From: Ruminococcus sp.
GTDB lineage: Bacteria > Bacillota > Clostridia > Oscillospirales > Ruminococcaceae
Length of the DNA stretch: 64,000 nucleotides
Assembly (NCBI GenBank): GCA_045627145.1
Contig: JAZQND010000121.1
Location: 24,507 to 88,506, forward strand
Reading direction: 5' to 3'
Shown: piece by piece, positions 29,200 through 39,111 of the stretch
How positions within the stretch are numbered: the first letter of the stretch is position 1
Layout: the number at the start of each line of letters is the position of its first letter
Notes under the pieces: model-generated
Told to the model about the DNA's origin: nothing
Seen by the model: the letters and a program-made list of their open reading frames with translations, nothing else
The model's database searches: none
Position numbers and translations under genes: made by a program

Positions 29200-30207
29200 A
29201 TGAGCGAATACGAGGAACTTAAAACAATGATGATGACTAATCTGCACACAGACTACGGCATTGATACAGAAACAATCAAGAAGGTCTGTGATTGCCTCGA
29301 CACAATATCAACAAGATATGTTGTTCGCAGACAGGATGACATAGCACAAATCCAATGCTGTAACGGCGACATTCTTAAACAATACATAACTGCCAAAGAG
29401 GTTGAGGGATGTGCCGCTGGTACTGTGAAGAACTACCGATACATACTTACCTTATTCTTTGATTATGTCCAAAAGGATATCAAAGAAATAGAAGCAGTTG
29501 ACATACGTAAATTCCTCCGAGAATACAAGGAAGATAGAAATGTTGCAGACTGTTCGTTAGATAAGTATCGTGAGGCAATTGTTTGGTTCTTTTCTTGGTG
29601 TCATGAAGAAGGGCTTGTAACGGTTAATCCAACACATAACCTTAAGCCAATCAAGTATGAAGAAAAAGAAAGGAAGGCTTTAACACGGCTTGAACTTGAA
29701 ATTTTCAGAAACTCATGTGAAACAGTTAGAGAACGTGCTATTGTTGAATTTCTGTATTCAACCGCCTGCCGTGTAAGTGAATTGTGCAACGTAAAGAAAT
29801 CAGACATCAACCTTCATGAACAAACGGTGAAGATTTTTGGTAAAGGCAAAAGAGAACGCACATCATGGATTAACGCCAAATGCCTTGTTGCAATATCTCA
29901 ATATCTTGAATCCCGTGACGATGATTCAGAATGGTTATTCGTGAATCAAAACAAGCCTCACGGTAAGTGCAGTGGCACATCCATTGAAAGGCTTATAAAG
30001 AAGATTCAACAACGCTCCTGTGGCATCCCGTTTAAAGTCACACCGCATATCATGCGACACAGCAGTGCAACACACGCTTTGCAAAGCGGCATGGATATTG
30101 CTGAAATCTCTAAATTTTTAGGGCATAAGAGGCTCGAAACGACGATGCGTTATGCCCATGTGTCAACAGATGATGTCATGCTCGCTCATAGAAAACACGT
30201 CGTTTGA
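29200..30207 (+). CDS. XerC/D-like tyrosine recombinase, candidate invertase
   Basis: TACRVSE, GKGK, HIMRH, LGH, RY intact; opposite strand to the late operon; next to the tail-fibre cassettes. Confidence 0.9.
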   Translation: MSEYEELKTMMMTNLHTDYGIDTETIKKVCDCLDTISTRYVVRRQDDIAQIQCCNGDILKQYITAKEVEGCAAGTVKNYRYILTLFFDYVQKDIKEIEAVDIRKFLREYKEDRNVADCSLDKYREAIVWFFSWCHEEGLVTVNPTHNLKPIKYEEKERKALTRLELEIFRNSCETVRERAIVEFLYSTACRVSELCNVKKSDINLHEQTVKIFGKGKRERTSWINAKCLVAISQYLESRDDDSEWLFVNQNKPHGKCSGTSIERLIKKIQQRSCGIPFKVTPHIMRHSSATHALQSGMDIAEISKFLGHKRLETTMRYAHVSTDDVMLAHRKHVV

Positions 30208-30212
30208 TGTTA

Positions 30213-30464
30213 TCAGATATTCTCTTGTTCCTTATCCTGTTCCTTTTCATGCCAAAAGTCATGCATAATAGTGTTCCCATAGGAGTCCCACATGACAATG
30301 TTGCACCAAGATAGGGTCGGGTTAAGAATGTCCTGCGAAAGAATGGCGGCGAACTTCTTCCGTGCTTCATCAATCGTTGCAAAAGAAAAAGGTACTGTCC
30401 GGTTCTCGGCTTTTGCAACTTTGTTATACTCGACACTTGTTACATAATATCTTGATTCTTCCAT
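30213..30464 (-). CDS. Hypothetical protein (possible tail-fibre accessory)
   Basis: AGGAGG RBS; downstream of tail-fibre gene. Confidence 0.6.
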   Translation of the reverse strand: MEESRYYVTSVEYNKVAKAENRTVPFSFATIDEARKKFAAILSQDILNPTLSWCNIVMWDSYGNTIMHDFWHEKEQDKEQENI

Positions 30465-30504
30465 AGTAAAAACCTCCTTTCTTTTTATAGAAAAAAGTAT
30501 TCAA

Positions 30505-31119
30505 TCTGATACGAAAGCGGACAAATCGGTTGTTGACGGTCACGGCGTTAACCAAGCGGTTACAATTGCTTCTTTGCCGACAAGTGGTGGAAATATGTCT
30601 TTCAGCGTGACCGCTTCACAAGGATTGACAATCGGAAGTGTAACCATTCCTGTGTATTCAAAAGGTTTTATTGTAGCCACAGGGCAAAGCGGCAATGACG
30701 CCACACTATATGCCGTTGACCCCGATGGAAACTTTTATAGCGCATACAGGAATGGAACGACTTGGGGTTCTGCTCAAAAAGTACGCAGAAACACAACTTA
30801 TACATCGCCTTGTAATTACACCTATAACAAAAGGACAATCAAGTACACAATCAGCGGTAGCCTTGTTTACTGTTTTGTTGAAGGCTTAGTTGGTGTGCCA
30901 GCAGGTTCAACTACAATATCCACGATTCCAAGCGATTGTAGACCGTCAGTTAATATTCAACAGGACTGCTTTTTTCTTCTGAATAACACAAGCGGAATCA
31001 AGCTTCGTATTAACGCAATGCCAAGCGGAGAATTACAAGTGTATAACTACGGGTCAAGTGCAATCACTAATAACAACGAAAACATTACGTTTATTTATCC
31101 GCTTGAGAGAAGCAATTAA
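30505..31119 (+). CDS. Silent alternative tail-fibre C-terminal cassette
   Basis: Open frame from SDTKADK.. to stop 31119 with no RBS or start before the site; YRNGTTW and IPSDCRP fibre-type motifs. Confidence 0.7.
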   Translation, partial: SDTKADKSVVDGHGVNQAVTIASLPTSGGNMSFSVTASQGLTIGSVTIPVYSKGFIVATGQSGNDATLYAVDPDGNFYSAYRNGTTWGSAQKVRRNTTYTSPCNYTYNKRTIKYTISGSLVYCFVEGLVGVPAGSTTISTIPSDCRPSVNIQQDCFFLLNNTSGIKLRINAMPSGELQVYNYGSSAITNNNENITFIYPLERSN

Positions 31120-31703
31120 CCGTGTCAAAACGTAACAAGCGTTGTGTATACTCTGTTTGTGCTACTGCCGTTGTATTTTGCGATGATATAGTATGTTGTT
31201 TGTGCCGTTGTGTGACCGCAAAGAGTTGTCCCACCACCCAATGAATTGTGTGCCATAAACGAATAGGTTCTTGATGGGTCAGTCTGTGCGGAAATCACGA
31301 TTTCTTGTGGCATATTATTCATGTATTCCAAGTTTGCCGTAAGCATGAAGTTAGTGTCCGCAGGAATCACAACAGATACTCCAGTATACGTGAGAGTTGT
31401 TGCCGAAGTGAAGTTTGTGCTTGATGTAGACACGGCAGGAATAGCAAACTTCTGCACCGTCCATGTGCCGTTTCTGTAATCGTATTTATATGTACTCGCA
31501 TTGTATACCGATACGATTACTTCGAGGAAGTTTGCAGTAAATCTACTGCCGAAAACGTTCGCAACATACTGGCTATTCCAATAGATTCTTGATGCTATCC
31601 CACCGACTGGCTTTCCCTCAAGATACGTTTTGATTGAGGATTCTAACGTTCCACCCGTGAGAGTTACTTCATCGAATGTCAATTTAGTCGCAATCGTATC
31701 AGA
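30505..31703. mobile_element. Putative invertible tail-fibre tip segment
   Basis: Inverted TCTGATACGA(NN)GCG(NNN)AAAT sites at 30505 (+) and 31703 (-), both encoding SDT in frame. Confidence 0.75.
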
Positions 31704-31991
31704 AAGTGCCTTTCCTTGAGCCGCAGAAAGCGGTTTGTTGGTTGCGGTACTTGTCAAGTTGTTCTGAATGTCAGAGATATTTACCTTGCTGTCATTGAGT
31801 GCCTTTCCTTGAGCGGCACTCAGAGGTTTATTCGTTGCTGTTGATGTCAAGCTGTTTTGAATGTCGGATGTTTTTACCCGAAGTGCCATCTCCGTATCAA
31901 TCGTATCACTGTTTCCGTTCCACACAGCGACAGAGTAGTTTTCGTCAGATGACGGCTTGGTTAATTCTATGTTAGGCGTTTTTGTACTCAT
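31125..31991 (-). CDS. Tail fibre / receptor-binding protein (currently expressed form)
   Basis: TPNIELTKP N-terminus; two SDIQNxLTSTATNKPLSAAQGKAL repeats; YRNGTW motif. Confidence 0.8.
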   Translation of the reverse strand: MSTKTPNIELTKPSSDENYSVAVWNGNSDTIDTEMALRVKTSDIQNSLTSTATNKPLSAAQGKALNDSKVNISDIQNNLTSTATNKPLSAAQGKALSDTIATKLTFDEVTLTGGTLESSIKTYLEGKPVGGIASRIYWNSQYVANVFGSRFTANFLEVIVSVYNASTYKYDYRNGTWTVQKFAIPAVSTSSTNFTSATTLTYTGVSVVIPADTNFMLTANLEYMNNMPQEIVISAQTDPSRTYSFMAHNSLGGGTTLCGHTTAQTTYYIIAKYNGSSTNRVYTTLVTF

Positions 31992-32044
31992 TGTTTCACC
32001 CCTTATATTGAAAATGTATTTTCAAAAAAGAAATGTGTAGTGTG

Positions 32045-35000
32045 TCAACTCACGTAGAACACACTACACGCAGATATCCCTGTACTACTCTGACTTTTTG
32101 CCTTGACTGTGATAGCTCTGTCAAGTCTACACCAAGTCGGGTCACAGTTCGTTTCAAGCCTAATCGTCATGTATCCACCGGAAGGACTAAGCACGTTCTG
32201 TGCCAACGCTGTACGCATTACATTGAGGTCAATATTAGTTCCTGCCGTATATACACGACCGCTCGCCGTACCTATCACAATGTTTGCTCCGCTTGGGTTC
32301 AAAATGGCCTTGAAGTCAAATCCACGACCAACAGCGGTACTCGAATATACATATAACGAAGCAACAATCCCGTAGAAAAGATTGCCGCCAAGATAGTCAT
32401 CCGCTGAGTATGGCACACTAAAATCACGATAACGACCAAGCGTACCACCAACTTGACTCAACGTTCTATCGCTTGATTCTGGTGTATATAGCCAAGACTT
32501 TTCGGATGCGTTCGAGGGCTTGACCCAAATAATCCCATGCCCAGAGGGTTGAGATTCAGACACAACAATACTCGGGATATCACGCCCGCCAACGCTGAAT
32601 TTATTGGCGATAATTGATTCTGCACGAAGATTGCCTTGGTCATTGACAGAAAACGTTGCGTTACTTTCATCAGAGCCGAAGATGATAGAACCGCTTGTGT
32701 CTTTTGCGTGGACATTAAACGTACCAGCGGTTTCCATGTTGATGCCACTCGAAGACAGCTCAAGGTTGGTTTGGTTACCTGTTTTCATTCGGATATACTT
32801 ATTACCCGTGAAGTCCAAACCGTTTGCGCTAATGTCAATTCCGCTCTGAATAGCGTACTTCTGATTTGCCACAGCCGTTGCCGCCGCTTGTGCCGCATTA
32901 GCCTTTGACGTTGCGTCCGCACTTGCGGTTGAGACAGCAAGGTTGATTGCGGTGGATGTCTGACTGATTGTCGAGTAACTTTCAAGCTGACCGTTAACGT
33001 AGGTCTTTGCTTCATTCACAATAGCGTCAGCAGTCTGTAACGTTGATGTTTTTGCGATAGAAGCGTTCTTTGCGTTCGCCTCTGCTGTTGCCGCAACAGT
33101 GTCAGCATATGCCTGTGAGTCAGCATCGCCTTCCTGCCGTGCAATAACCTCTTGGCTGATACTGCCAGCTTGAATCTCCAACTGCGCTTCATTTGCAGAC
33201 ACACGGGAGTTTGTAAGGCTCAGTTGCTCTTGGCTTGCCTTCAATGCAATCTTTTCATCAGTCTGTTCGAGCTGAGTCTGCAACACTGTATACATTGAGC
33301 TATCATTTACGCTATCCCATCCGCTTCCGCTGTAAACATACTGTTCGGGAGGTTTACCCAAATCCATATACCTAAAAGCGGCAAGTTCTTCATGGGTATA
33401 GTTTGCCAAGTCAGCGTGTGTCAGCCTGTTTGTAGGCTTAATCCAAAGGTCACCAACGGCAGGGTCTTCGGGTTCTGTTGCAGAGTAGAATATCTGCCCT
33501 CTGCCAAGCTGTCCGATAGTACGATTGATGCCAGCAATCTCGTCCACAATGGTATTTGTGTGCGTTGCAGACCAAGAACCGATAGTGCTTTGAAGATATG
33601 TATTCGCAGAGATGTCAATACCTTGACCAACATCAGATGCGAGCTTTGCGATAGTTACAGACCGTGCGTTCAGCTTGTCCGTGGTGATAGCGTTCGAGGC
33701 GATGTTGTCCGCTTCAATCGCACCCGTTGCAATCTTGTCTGAAGTGATTGCACCCGCATCAATCTTGTCAGATGTAATAGCATCAGCGGCAATTTTGTCA
33801 GCGGTTATGGCATCGGACTGTATGTTTGTTGCGCTCACGGCATCTGCGGCAATCTTTCCAGCGGTAATTGCACCAGCTTCAATCTTAGCAGACGTGATAG
33901 CATTTGCCGCTATCTTATCGGCATTAATTGCACCGGAACTTACCTTTTCAGCAGTAACAGCACCCGCATCAATCTTGTCAGCGGTAATAGCCCCAGCGGC
34001 AATCTTAGAAGCAGTCACGGCATAAGCATCAAGCTTCTCAGTTGTTATAGCCCCAGCGGCAATCTTATTTGCCGTCACAGCACTTGCCGCAATCTTGTCA
34101 GCGGACACAGCACCCGATACAATCTTATCAGCCGTCACAGCATTGGTAGAAATATGTTCGGCAAGGATAGAACCAGATGCGATTTTTTCAGCCGTCACAG
34201 CATCAGCCGCCAAATCTTCAGCAGTTACAGCACCAACCAAGTCGATATGTTCAGCCTGTATCAAAACGGTTGATGCGCTTTGGTTAATCATCGAAGCAAT
34301 CGTCTCGCCGTTATAGTCAGAAGAAGACACCTTTGACTCAATAGCGTCAGTATTGATGTCAATCTGAGCCTCTGCCGATGTAACACGTCCGTCAATCGAA
34401 TCAACTTCCGTCTGACTTGCCTTCAAAGCAATCTGACCAGTATGTAGCGTAATCGTTGCTTCTGCTGTATCCATCCGTCCTTCAAGGCTGTCTACATCAG
34501 TTTGATTGGCCTTCAAAGCAATCTGTGTGGCGTTTTGCTGGATGCTTGTCGTGTGAGACGATACGGTTGAATCAAGATGCGTATCCTGTGCAGATTTCCA
34601 TTCAGTTCCGTTATATCTGTACAGCTTATTGCTGTCGTTTGTGTCAACCCACAAGTCGCCGCTCGTCATACCGGATGTTGGGGCATCGTTCTGATAATAT
34701 GTCTTGTTCTTGCTGTTTGCTGTTGCTTGTGCTGTATTAGCCGTAGTCTGAGCGGCATTTGCAGTTGTCTGAGCGGCGGTAGCCGTTGTTTTTGCCGTAT
34801 TGGCGTTTGTGTTTGCTGTGTTCGCCGTAGTCTGAGCGGCAGTAGCCGTAGCAGAAGCTACATCAGCAGTATCCTGTGCCGCATCTGCGGCTTCCTGCGC
34901 TTCGTCAGCCGCAGTCTTTGCGGCTTGAGCCGTAGTCTTTGCTTCGTTCGCAGTTGTCTTTGCTGAATTAGCATTTGTGTTAGCCGTGTTTGCAGTTGTA

Positions 35001-38000
35001 TTTGCCGTATTAGCTGTTGTTTGTGCGGCAGTAGCCGTACTCTGCGCCGTAGTAACACGTGTATCAAGAGACGAAACGGAAGTTGAAAGTCCCTCAGCAG
35101 TTTCCTCAACAGTTGTAACACGATGAGCCAATGCGGTAACAGTTGTCCCGTCAGCCTTTGTCTCAATATCCTGTTCAAGCGTTGAAATGTCGCTCTGCAT
35201 CCCATTGATACTTGTAGTGTGGCTTGCAACTGTCTGACTAAGCGCAGTCACGGTAGAACCGTCAGCCTTAGTCTCAATATCAGACTCAGCCTGCTCAACA
35301 CGTTCCTCAATGCCTTCGATAGATACAGTGTGGCTTGCAACCGTATTACTCAGCGATGTTACCGTAGAGTTATCTGCCTTTGTGGCAATTGTCTGTTCTG
35401 CCTGCGTTACACGGCTTGTTACAGAACCAATTGCGGTTGTGTGCGAAGCAACCGTACTACTTAACTCAGCCACAGTAGAACCATCCGCTTTAGATTCAAT
35501 ATCTTCCTCGGCCTGTTCAACACGTGCTTCAATAGAGCCAATTGCGGTTGTATGCGAAGCAACTGTATTACTTAACGTTGTTACCGTTGAATTATCAGCC
35601 TTAGTCTCAATATCTTCCTCTGCCTGTTCAACTCTCGCTTCAATCTGACCAATAGAGGTAGTATGACTTGCAACAGTGTTACTTAACGTTGTAACAGTTG
35701 AGTTGTCTGCCTTAGTCTCAATATCAGACTCAGCCTGCTCAACACGTGCTTCAATAGAGCCAATAGAAGTCGTATGCGAAGCAACAGTGTTACTTAACGT
35801 TGTAACAGTTGAGTTGTCTGCTTTCGTTTCGATATCTTCCTCTGCCTGCTCAACACGTGCTTCGATAGAGCCAATTGCGGTTGTGTGTGAAGCAACCGTA
35901 CTGCTTAGTGTAGTTACCGTTGAATTATCAGCCTTAGTCTCAATATCTTCCTCTGCCTGCTCAACACGTGCTTCGATAGAGCCAATTGCTGTGGTGTGAG
36001 ACGCAACTGTATTACTTAACGTTGTGACAGTTGAATTATCGGCCTTTGTTTCAATTGTTTCCTCGGCCTGTTCAACTCTCGCCTCAATAGAGCCAATTGC
36101 TGTGGTGTGCGAAGCAACCGTGTTACTTAACGTTGTGACAGTTGAGTTGTCTGCCTTAGTCTCAATATCTTCCTCTGCTTGTTCAACACGTGCTTCAATC
36201 TGACCAATAGAAGTCGTATGCGAAGCAACTGTATTACTTAACGTTGTGACCGTTGAGTTGTCTGCCTTCGTTTCAATTGTTTCCTCGGCCTGCTCAACTC
36301 TCGCCTCAATAGAGGCAATAGAAGTCGTATGCGAAGCAACCGTACTGCTTAGTGTAGTTACAGTTGAGTTGTCTGCCTTCGTTTCAATATCTTCCTCTGC
36401 CTGCTCAACTCTCGCTTCAATCTGACCAATAGAGGTAGTATGACTTGCAACCGTACTGCTCAATGCTGTAACAACAGAGCCATCAGCCTTCGTTTCAATA
36501 TCTTCCTCTGCCTGCTCAACTCTCGCTTCAATAGAGCCAATTGCTGTGGTGTGAGACGCAACTGTATTACTGAGAGTTGTCACCGTTGAGTTGTCTGCCT
36601 TCGTTTCAATTGTTTCCTCGGCCTGTTCAACACGGTCTTCAATCTGACCGATAGATGTTGTATGAGATGCAACAGTGTTTGACAACGTTTGAACAGTGGA
36701 CGAATCCGCTTTTGTTTCAATTGTTTCCTCGGCCTGTTCAACACGGTCTTCGATAGAGGCAATACTTGTCGTATGTGTTGCCACGGTATTCGAGAGTGTG
36801 GTAACCGTAGAAGCGTCTGCCTTTGTTTCTACTGTTTCTTCAACAGTATCAATCCTATCTTCAATCTCACCGATACTCTCTGTATGGGAGGAAACGGTAT
36901 TACTCAATGCCGTAACGGTTGAGTTGTCTGCTTTTGTCGTAATCGTCTGCTCTGCCGTTGTAAGCCGTGTAGCCACTCCAGATAGCTGAGTCTGCGTCTG
37001 AGATAATCCAGCCTCTACATCATCCATAGATGACTGGACATCGGATAGGTCATCCTCAACTTGTGTCAAAGATGTATGCACTCCGGATAGGTCATCCTCA
37101 ACTTGTGTCAATGACGACTGGACATCAGATAGGTCATCCTCAACTTGTGTCAAAGATGACTGGACATCAGATAAGTCATCCTCAACTTGTGTCAAAGATG
37201 TATGCACTCCGGACAAATCATCCTCCACGCCTTCAAGCGACTGCTGTACACTTCCCATGCTTGTTTCAAGAGAAGATATGTCAGACTGAGCAGAAGACAT
37301 ATCTGTTTCAAGTTGCGAAACCCTCGCAAGCAACTCCGTTACATCCGTATCCTCAATCAGTTTCCACTGCCAAACGCCATCAAGCTTCAAAAATCTATAC
37401 GCCCTGCCGCTTGATGAATCAAAGAAAAGGTCTCCTTGGTGTTTTTCCTTAAGTGCCTCAGTTGTCCATTGGCTCGCAGGAACGTTATTAAGAGTGGGCG
37501 TATAAGGATAGTAAAAAGTTTCGATGGAGGCATCAACTTCACGCTGAAGCACTTCAATGTCTCCCTCAATCGTTGTGATGTCTCCTTCAATGGCAGACAC
37601 GTCACTTTCGATTGTAGAAATCTTACCAATCTCCGTTTGAACTGCGGTTGCGAGATTCGTCAGCGCAACAGCCCCGTTCGCAATTTGCACACCATTGATT
37701 TTGCCAACAGTGATATTAGCCGCATTGAGGTTGACAACATCAATGACACCCGCATCAAGCGTACCCGCAGTAATCTTGTTTGCCGTCAGACCAACAATCT
37801 TTGCGTCCGTAATAGAGCCGTCAGCAATCTGAGCTGTGCCAACAGCACCAGTTTCAATAAGTGCCGTAGTAATAGCACCCGTTGCAATCTTCGCTGTGGT
37901 AATCGCCGCATTGTTAATCTGAGCTGTACCGATTGCCGCATCTGTAATCTTTGCACTCGTAATCGAGCCATCCGCAATCTTTGCGGTAGTCACAGCCAAG

Positions 38001-38395
38001 TCTTCGATATTCGCACTCTTAATCTCAGCGTTGCCAATCTTTGCACTTGTGATAGAGCCGTCTTCAATCTTAGCCGTAGTGATTGCCGCATTGGCAATCT
38101 TAGCAGATGTGATTGCGGCATCAGCAATCTGAGCCGTGCCAATAACCGCAACAGAGATTTCGGCATCTGCTATCCGTGCCACATCGGCTTCAAAGTCTCT
38201 GACCTTGGCAGTGCTAATGCTACCATCAACAAGCTGTACTCCCTGTATTGAATTCGGCTTGATTTGGTCACCCGAAATCACCATGTTCTGAAGTCGCTTG
38301 GATACATCAATATTGTTATATTCTTCTATTTGCCTTCTGACGGTAGACGCAATCTGTTGTGCCAGTGTTCTTACTGCATCATTTGCGTCAGCCAC
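32045..38395 (-). CDS. Large repeat-rich tail fibre/spike protein (2116 aa)
   Basis: 10-aa ITxAKI repeats, coiled-coil repeats, GDLWVD/GDLWIK modules. Confidence 0.8.
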   Translation of the reverse strand: MADANDAVRTLAQQIASTVRRQIEEYNNIDVSKRLQNMVISGDQIKPNSIQGVQLVDGSISTAKVRDFEADVARIADAEISVAVIGTAQIADAAITSAKIANAAITTAKIEDGSITSAKIGNAEIKSANIEDLAVTTAKIADGSITSAKITDAAIGTAQINNAAITTAKIATGAITTALIETGAVGTAQIADGSITDAKIVGLTANKITAGTLDAGVIDVVNLNAANITVGKINGVQIANGAVALTNLATAVQTEIGKISTIESDVSAIEGDITTIEGDIEVLQREVDASIETFYYPYTPTLNNVPASQWTTEALKEKHQGDLFFDSSSGRAYRFLKLDGVWQWKLIEDTDVTELLARVSQLETDMSSAQSDISSLETSMGSVQQSLEGVEDDLSGVHTSLTQVEDDLSDVQSSLTQVEDDLSDVQSSLTQVEDDLSGVHTSLTQVEDDLSDVQSSMDDVEAGLSQTQTQLSGVATRLTTAEQTITTKADNSTVTALSNTVSSHTESIGEIEDRIDTVEETVETKADASTVTTLSNTVATHTTSIASIEDRVEQAEETIETKADSSTVQTLSNTVASHTTSIGQIEDRVEQAEETIETKADNSTVTTLSNTVASHTTAIGSIEARVEQAEEDIETKADGSVVTALSSTVASHTTSIGQIEARVEQAEEDIETKADNSTVTTLSSTVASHTTSIASIEARVEQAEETIETKADNSTVTTLSNTVASHTTSIGQIEARVEQAEEDIETKADNSTVTTLSNTVASHTTAIGSIEARVEQAEETIETKADNSTVTTLSNTVASHTTAIGSIEARVEQAEEDIETKADNSTVTTLSSTVASHTTAIGSIEARVEQAEEDIETKADNSTVTTLSNTVASHTTSIGSIEARVEQAESDIETKADNSTVTTLSNTVASHTTSIGQIEARVEQAEEDIETKADNSTVTTLSNTVASHTTAIGSIEARVEQAEEDIESKADGSTVAELSSTVASHTTAIGSVTSRVTQAEQTIATKADNSTVTSLSNTVASHTVSIEGIEERVEQAESDIETKADGSTVTALSQTVASHTTSINGMQSDISTLEQDIETKADGTTVTALAHRVTTVEETAEGLSTSVSSLDTRVTTAQSTATAAQTTANTANTTANTANTNANSAKTTANEAKTTAQAAKTAADEAQEAADAAQDTADVASATATAAQTTANTANTNANTAKTTATAAQTTANAAQTTANTAQATANSKNKTYYQNDAPTSGMTSGDLWVDTNDSNKLYRYNGTEWKSAQDTHLDSTVSSHTTSIQQNATQIALKANQTDVDSLEGRMDTAEATITLHTGQIALKASQTEVDSIDGRVTSAEAQIDINTDAIESKVSSSDYNGETIASMINQSASTVLIQAEHIDLVGAVTAEDLAADAVTAEKIASGSILAEHISTNAVTADKIVSGAVSADKIAASAVTANKIAAGAITTEKLDAYAVTASKIAAGAITADKIDAGAVTAEKVSSGAINADKIAANAITSAKIEAGAITAGKIAADAVSATNIQSDAITADKIAADAITSDKIDAGAITSDKIATGAIEADNIASNAITTDKLNARSVTIAKLASDVGQGIDISANTYLQSTIGSWSATHTNTIVDEIAGINRTIGQLGRGQIFYSATEPEDPAVGDLWIKPTNRLTHADLANYTHEELAAFRYMDLGKPPEQYVYSGSGWDSVNDSSMYTVLQTQLEQTDEKIALKASQEQLSLTNSRVSANEAQLEIQAGSISQEVIARQEGDADSQAYADTVAATAEANAKNASIAKTSTLQTADAIVNEAKTYVNGQLESYSTISQTSTAINLAVSTASADATSKANAAQAAATAVANQKYAIQSGIDISANGLDFTGNKYIRMKTGNQTNLELSSSGINMETAGTFNVHAKDTSGSIIFGSDESNATFSVNDQGNLRAESIIANKFSVGGRDIPSIVVSESQPSGHGIIWVKPSNASEKSWLYTPESSDRTLSQVGGTLGRYRDFSVPYSADDYLGGNLFYGIVASLYVYSSTAVGRGFDFKAILNPSGANIVIGTASGRVYTAGTNIDLNVMRTALAQNVLSPSGGYMTIRLETNCDPTWCRLDRAITVKAKSQSSTGISACSVFYVS
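35162..36937 (-). repeat. 16 tandem 111-bp (37-aa) coding repeats
   Basis: TKADNSTVTTLSNTVASHTTxIGxIEARVEQAEEDIE units counted in the translation. Confidence 0.9.
37020..37225 (-). repeat. Tandem 42-bp (14-aa) coding repeats
   Basis: About five DDLSxVxxSLTQVE units. Confidence 0.8.
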
Positions 38396-38427
38396 TTAAT
38401 TCACCATCCTTCGTTGAAAATGTATTT

Positions 38428-38946
38428 TCAAATAGACGATGTCACATCGTCAAAGAACTTTCGTAAGTTATATTTATAATTGACTTTCAGCAATTGCTGT
38501 TCAATCAAAAGACCATACTGAGCCACATCTTCATGGTTAATAGATTTCTTGTTGAGACCGTCTGTAAGCTCATGGTACTTGCCAATAGAAAGAAAATATG
38601 TTTTGTTGACATTTCTGAAATTGATATAAAATCCAGCTATGACACCATCATGCTGAGATGCCCTGTCAAGACCTTCTATCTGCCATTTCTTGATTTCAAA
38701 AGTATGTTTCTTCCCATCGTTGTCAAAATCTTCACGCCAAAAAGTCAAACTCCCAGATGTGGACTTGAGTTCCAACGCAAAAAAGTATGGTTTGACAAAC
38801 GCATAGAAATCATATGGCTGATGCGGGCTGAACCTTGTCTTTGACGCACCGCCAAAAGATGCCGCTGGGTCAATAAGTCTTTGGCAATAAATACCATCCG
38901 GTATACTATTCACAAAAGCCTTTTCAAATACCTTACCTTGATTCAC
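38428..38946 (-). CDS. RecU-like Holliday junction resolvase
   Basis: GKVFE, PYDF, ALELKST motifs; GTG start with RBS. Confidence 0.75.
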   Translation of the reverse strand: MNQGKVFEKAFVNSIPDGIYCQRLIDPAASFGGASKTRFSPHQPYDFYAFVKPYFFALELKSTSGSLTFWREDFDNDGKKHTFEIKKWQIEGLDRASQHDGVIAGFYINFRNVNKTYFLSIGKYHELTDGLNKKSINHEDVAQYGLLIEQQLLKVNYKYNLRKFFDDVTSSI

Positions 38947-38960
38947 CGCATCACACCCCC

Positions 38961-39053
38961 TTAGACGCACGGCGTTATATTATTATTGTTATTACAGATA
39001 CACATAATGATGATGAATAAAACAATAAAGAGCAAAGCTCCGAAATCCATCAT
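38961..39053 (-). CDS. 30-aa hydrophobic peptide
   Basis: AAGGATGTGA RBS, ATG..TAA; MMDFGALLFIVLFIIIMCICNNNNNITPCV. Confidence 0.55.
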   Translation of the reverse strand: MMDFGALLFIVLFIIIMCICNNNNNITPCV

Positions 39054-39063
39054 TGTCACATCC

Positions 39064-39092
39064 TTGATTGTTATCGTTAAAAAGAGTACAAT
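39064..39092 (+). promoter_or_regulatory. Sigma-A promoter for the HTH gene
   Basis: TTGATT-N17-TACAAT. Confidence 0.6.
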
Positions 39093-39111
39093 AAACACGG
39101 AGGTGTTCATC

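Noticed and set aside
30505-38395. Diversity-generating retroelement acting on tail fibres
   Set aside because: No reverse transcriptase and no template/variable repeat pair seen in the window.
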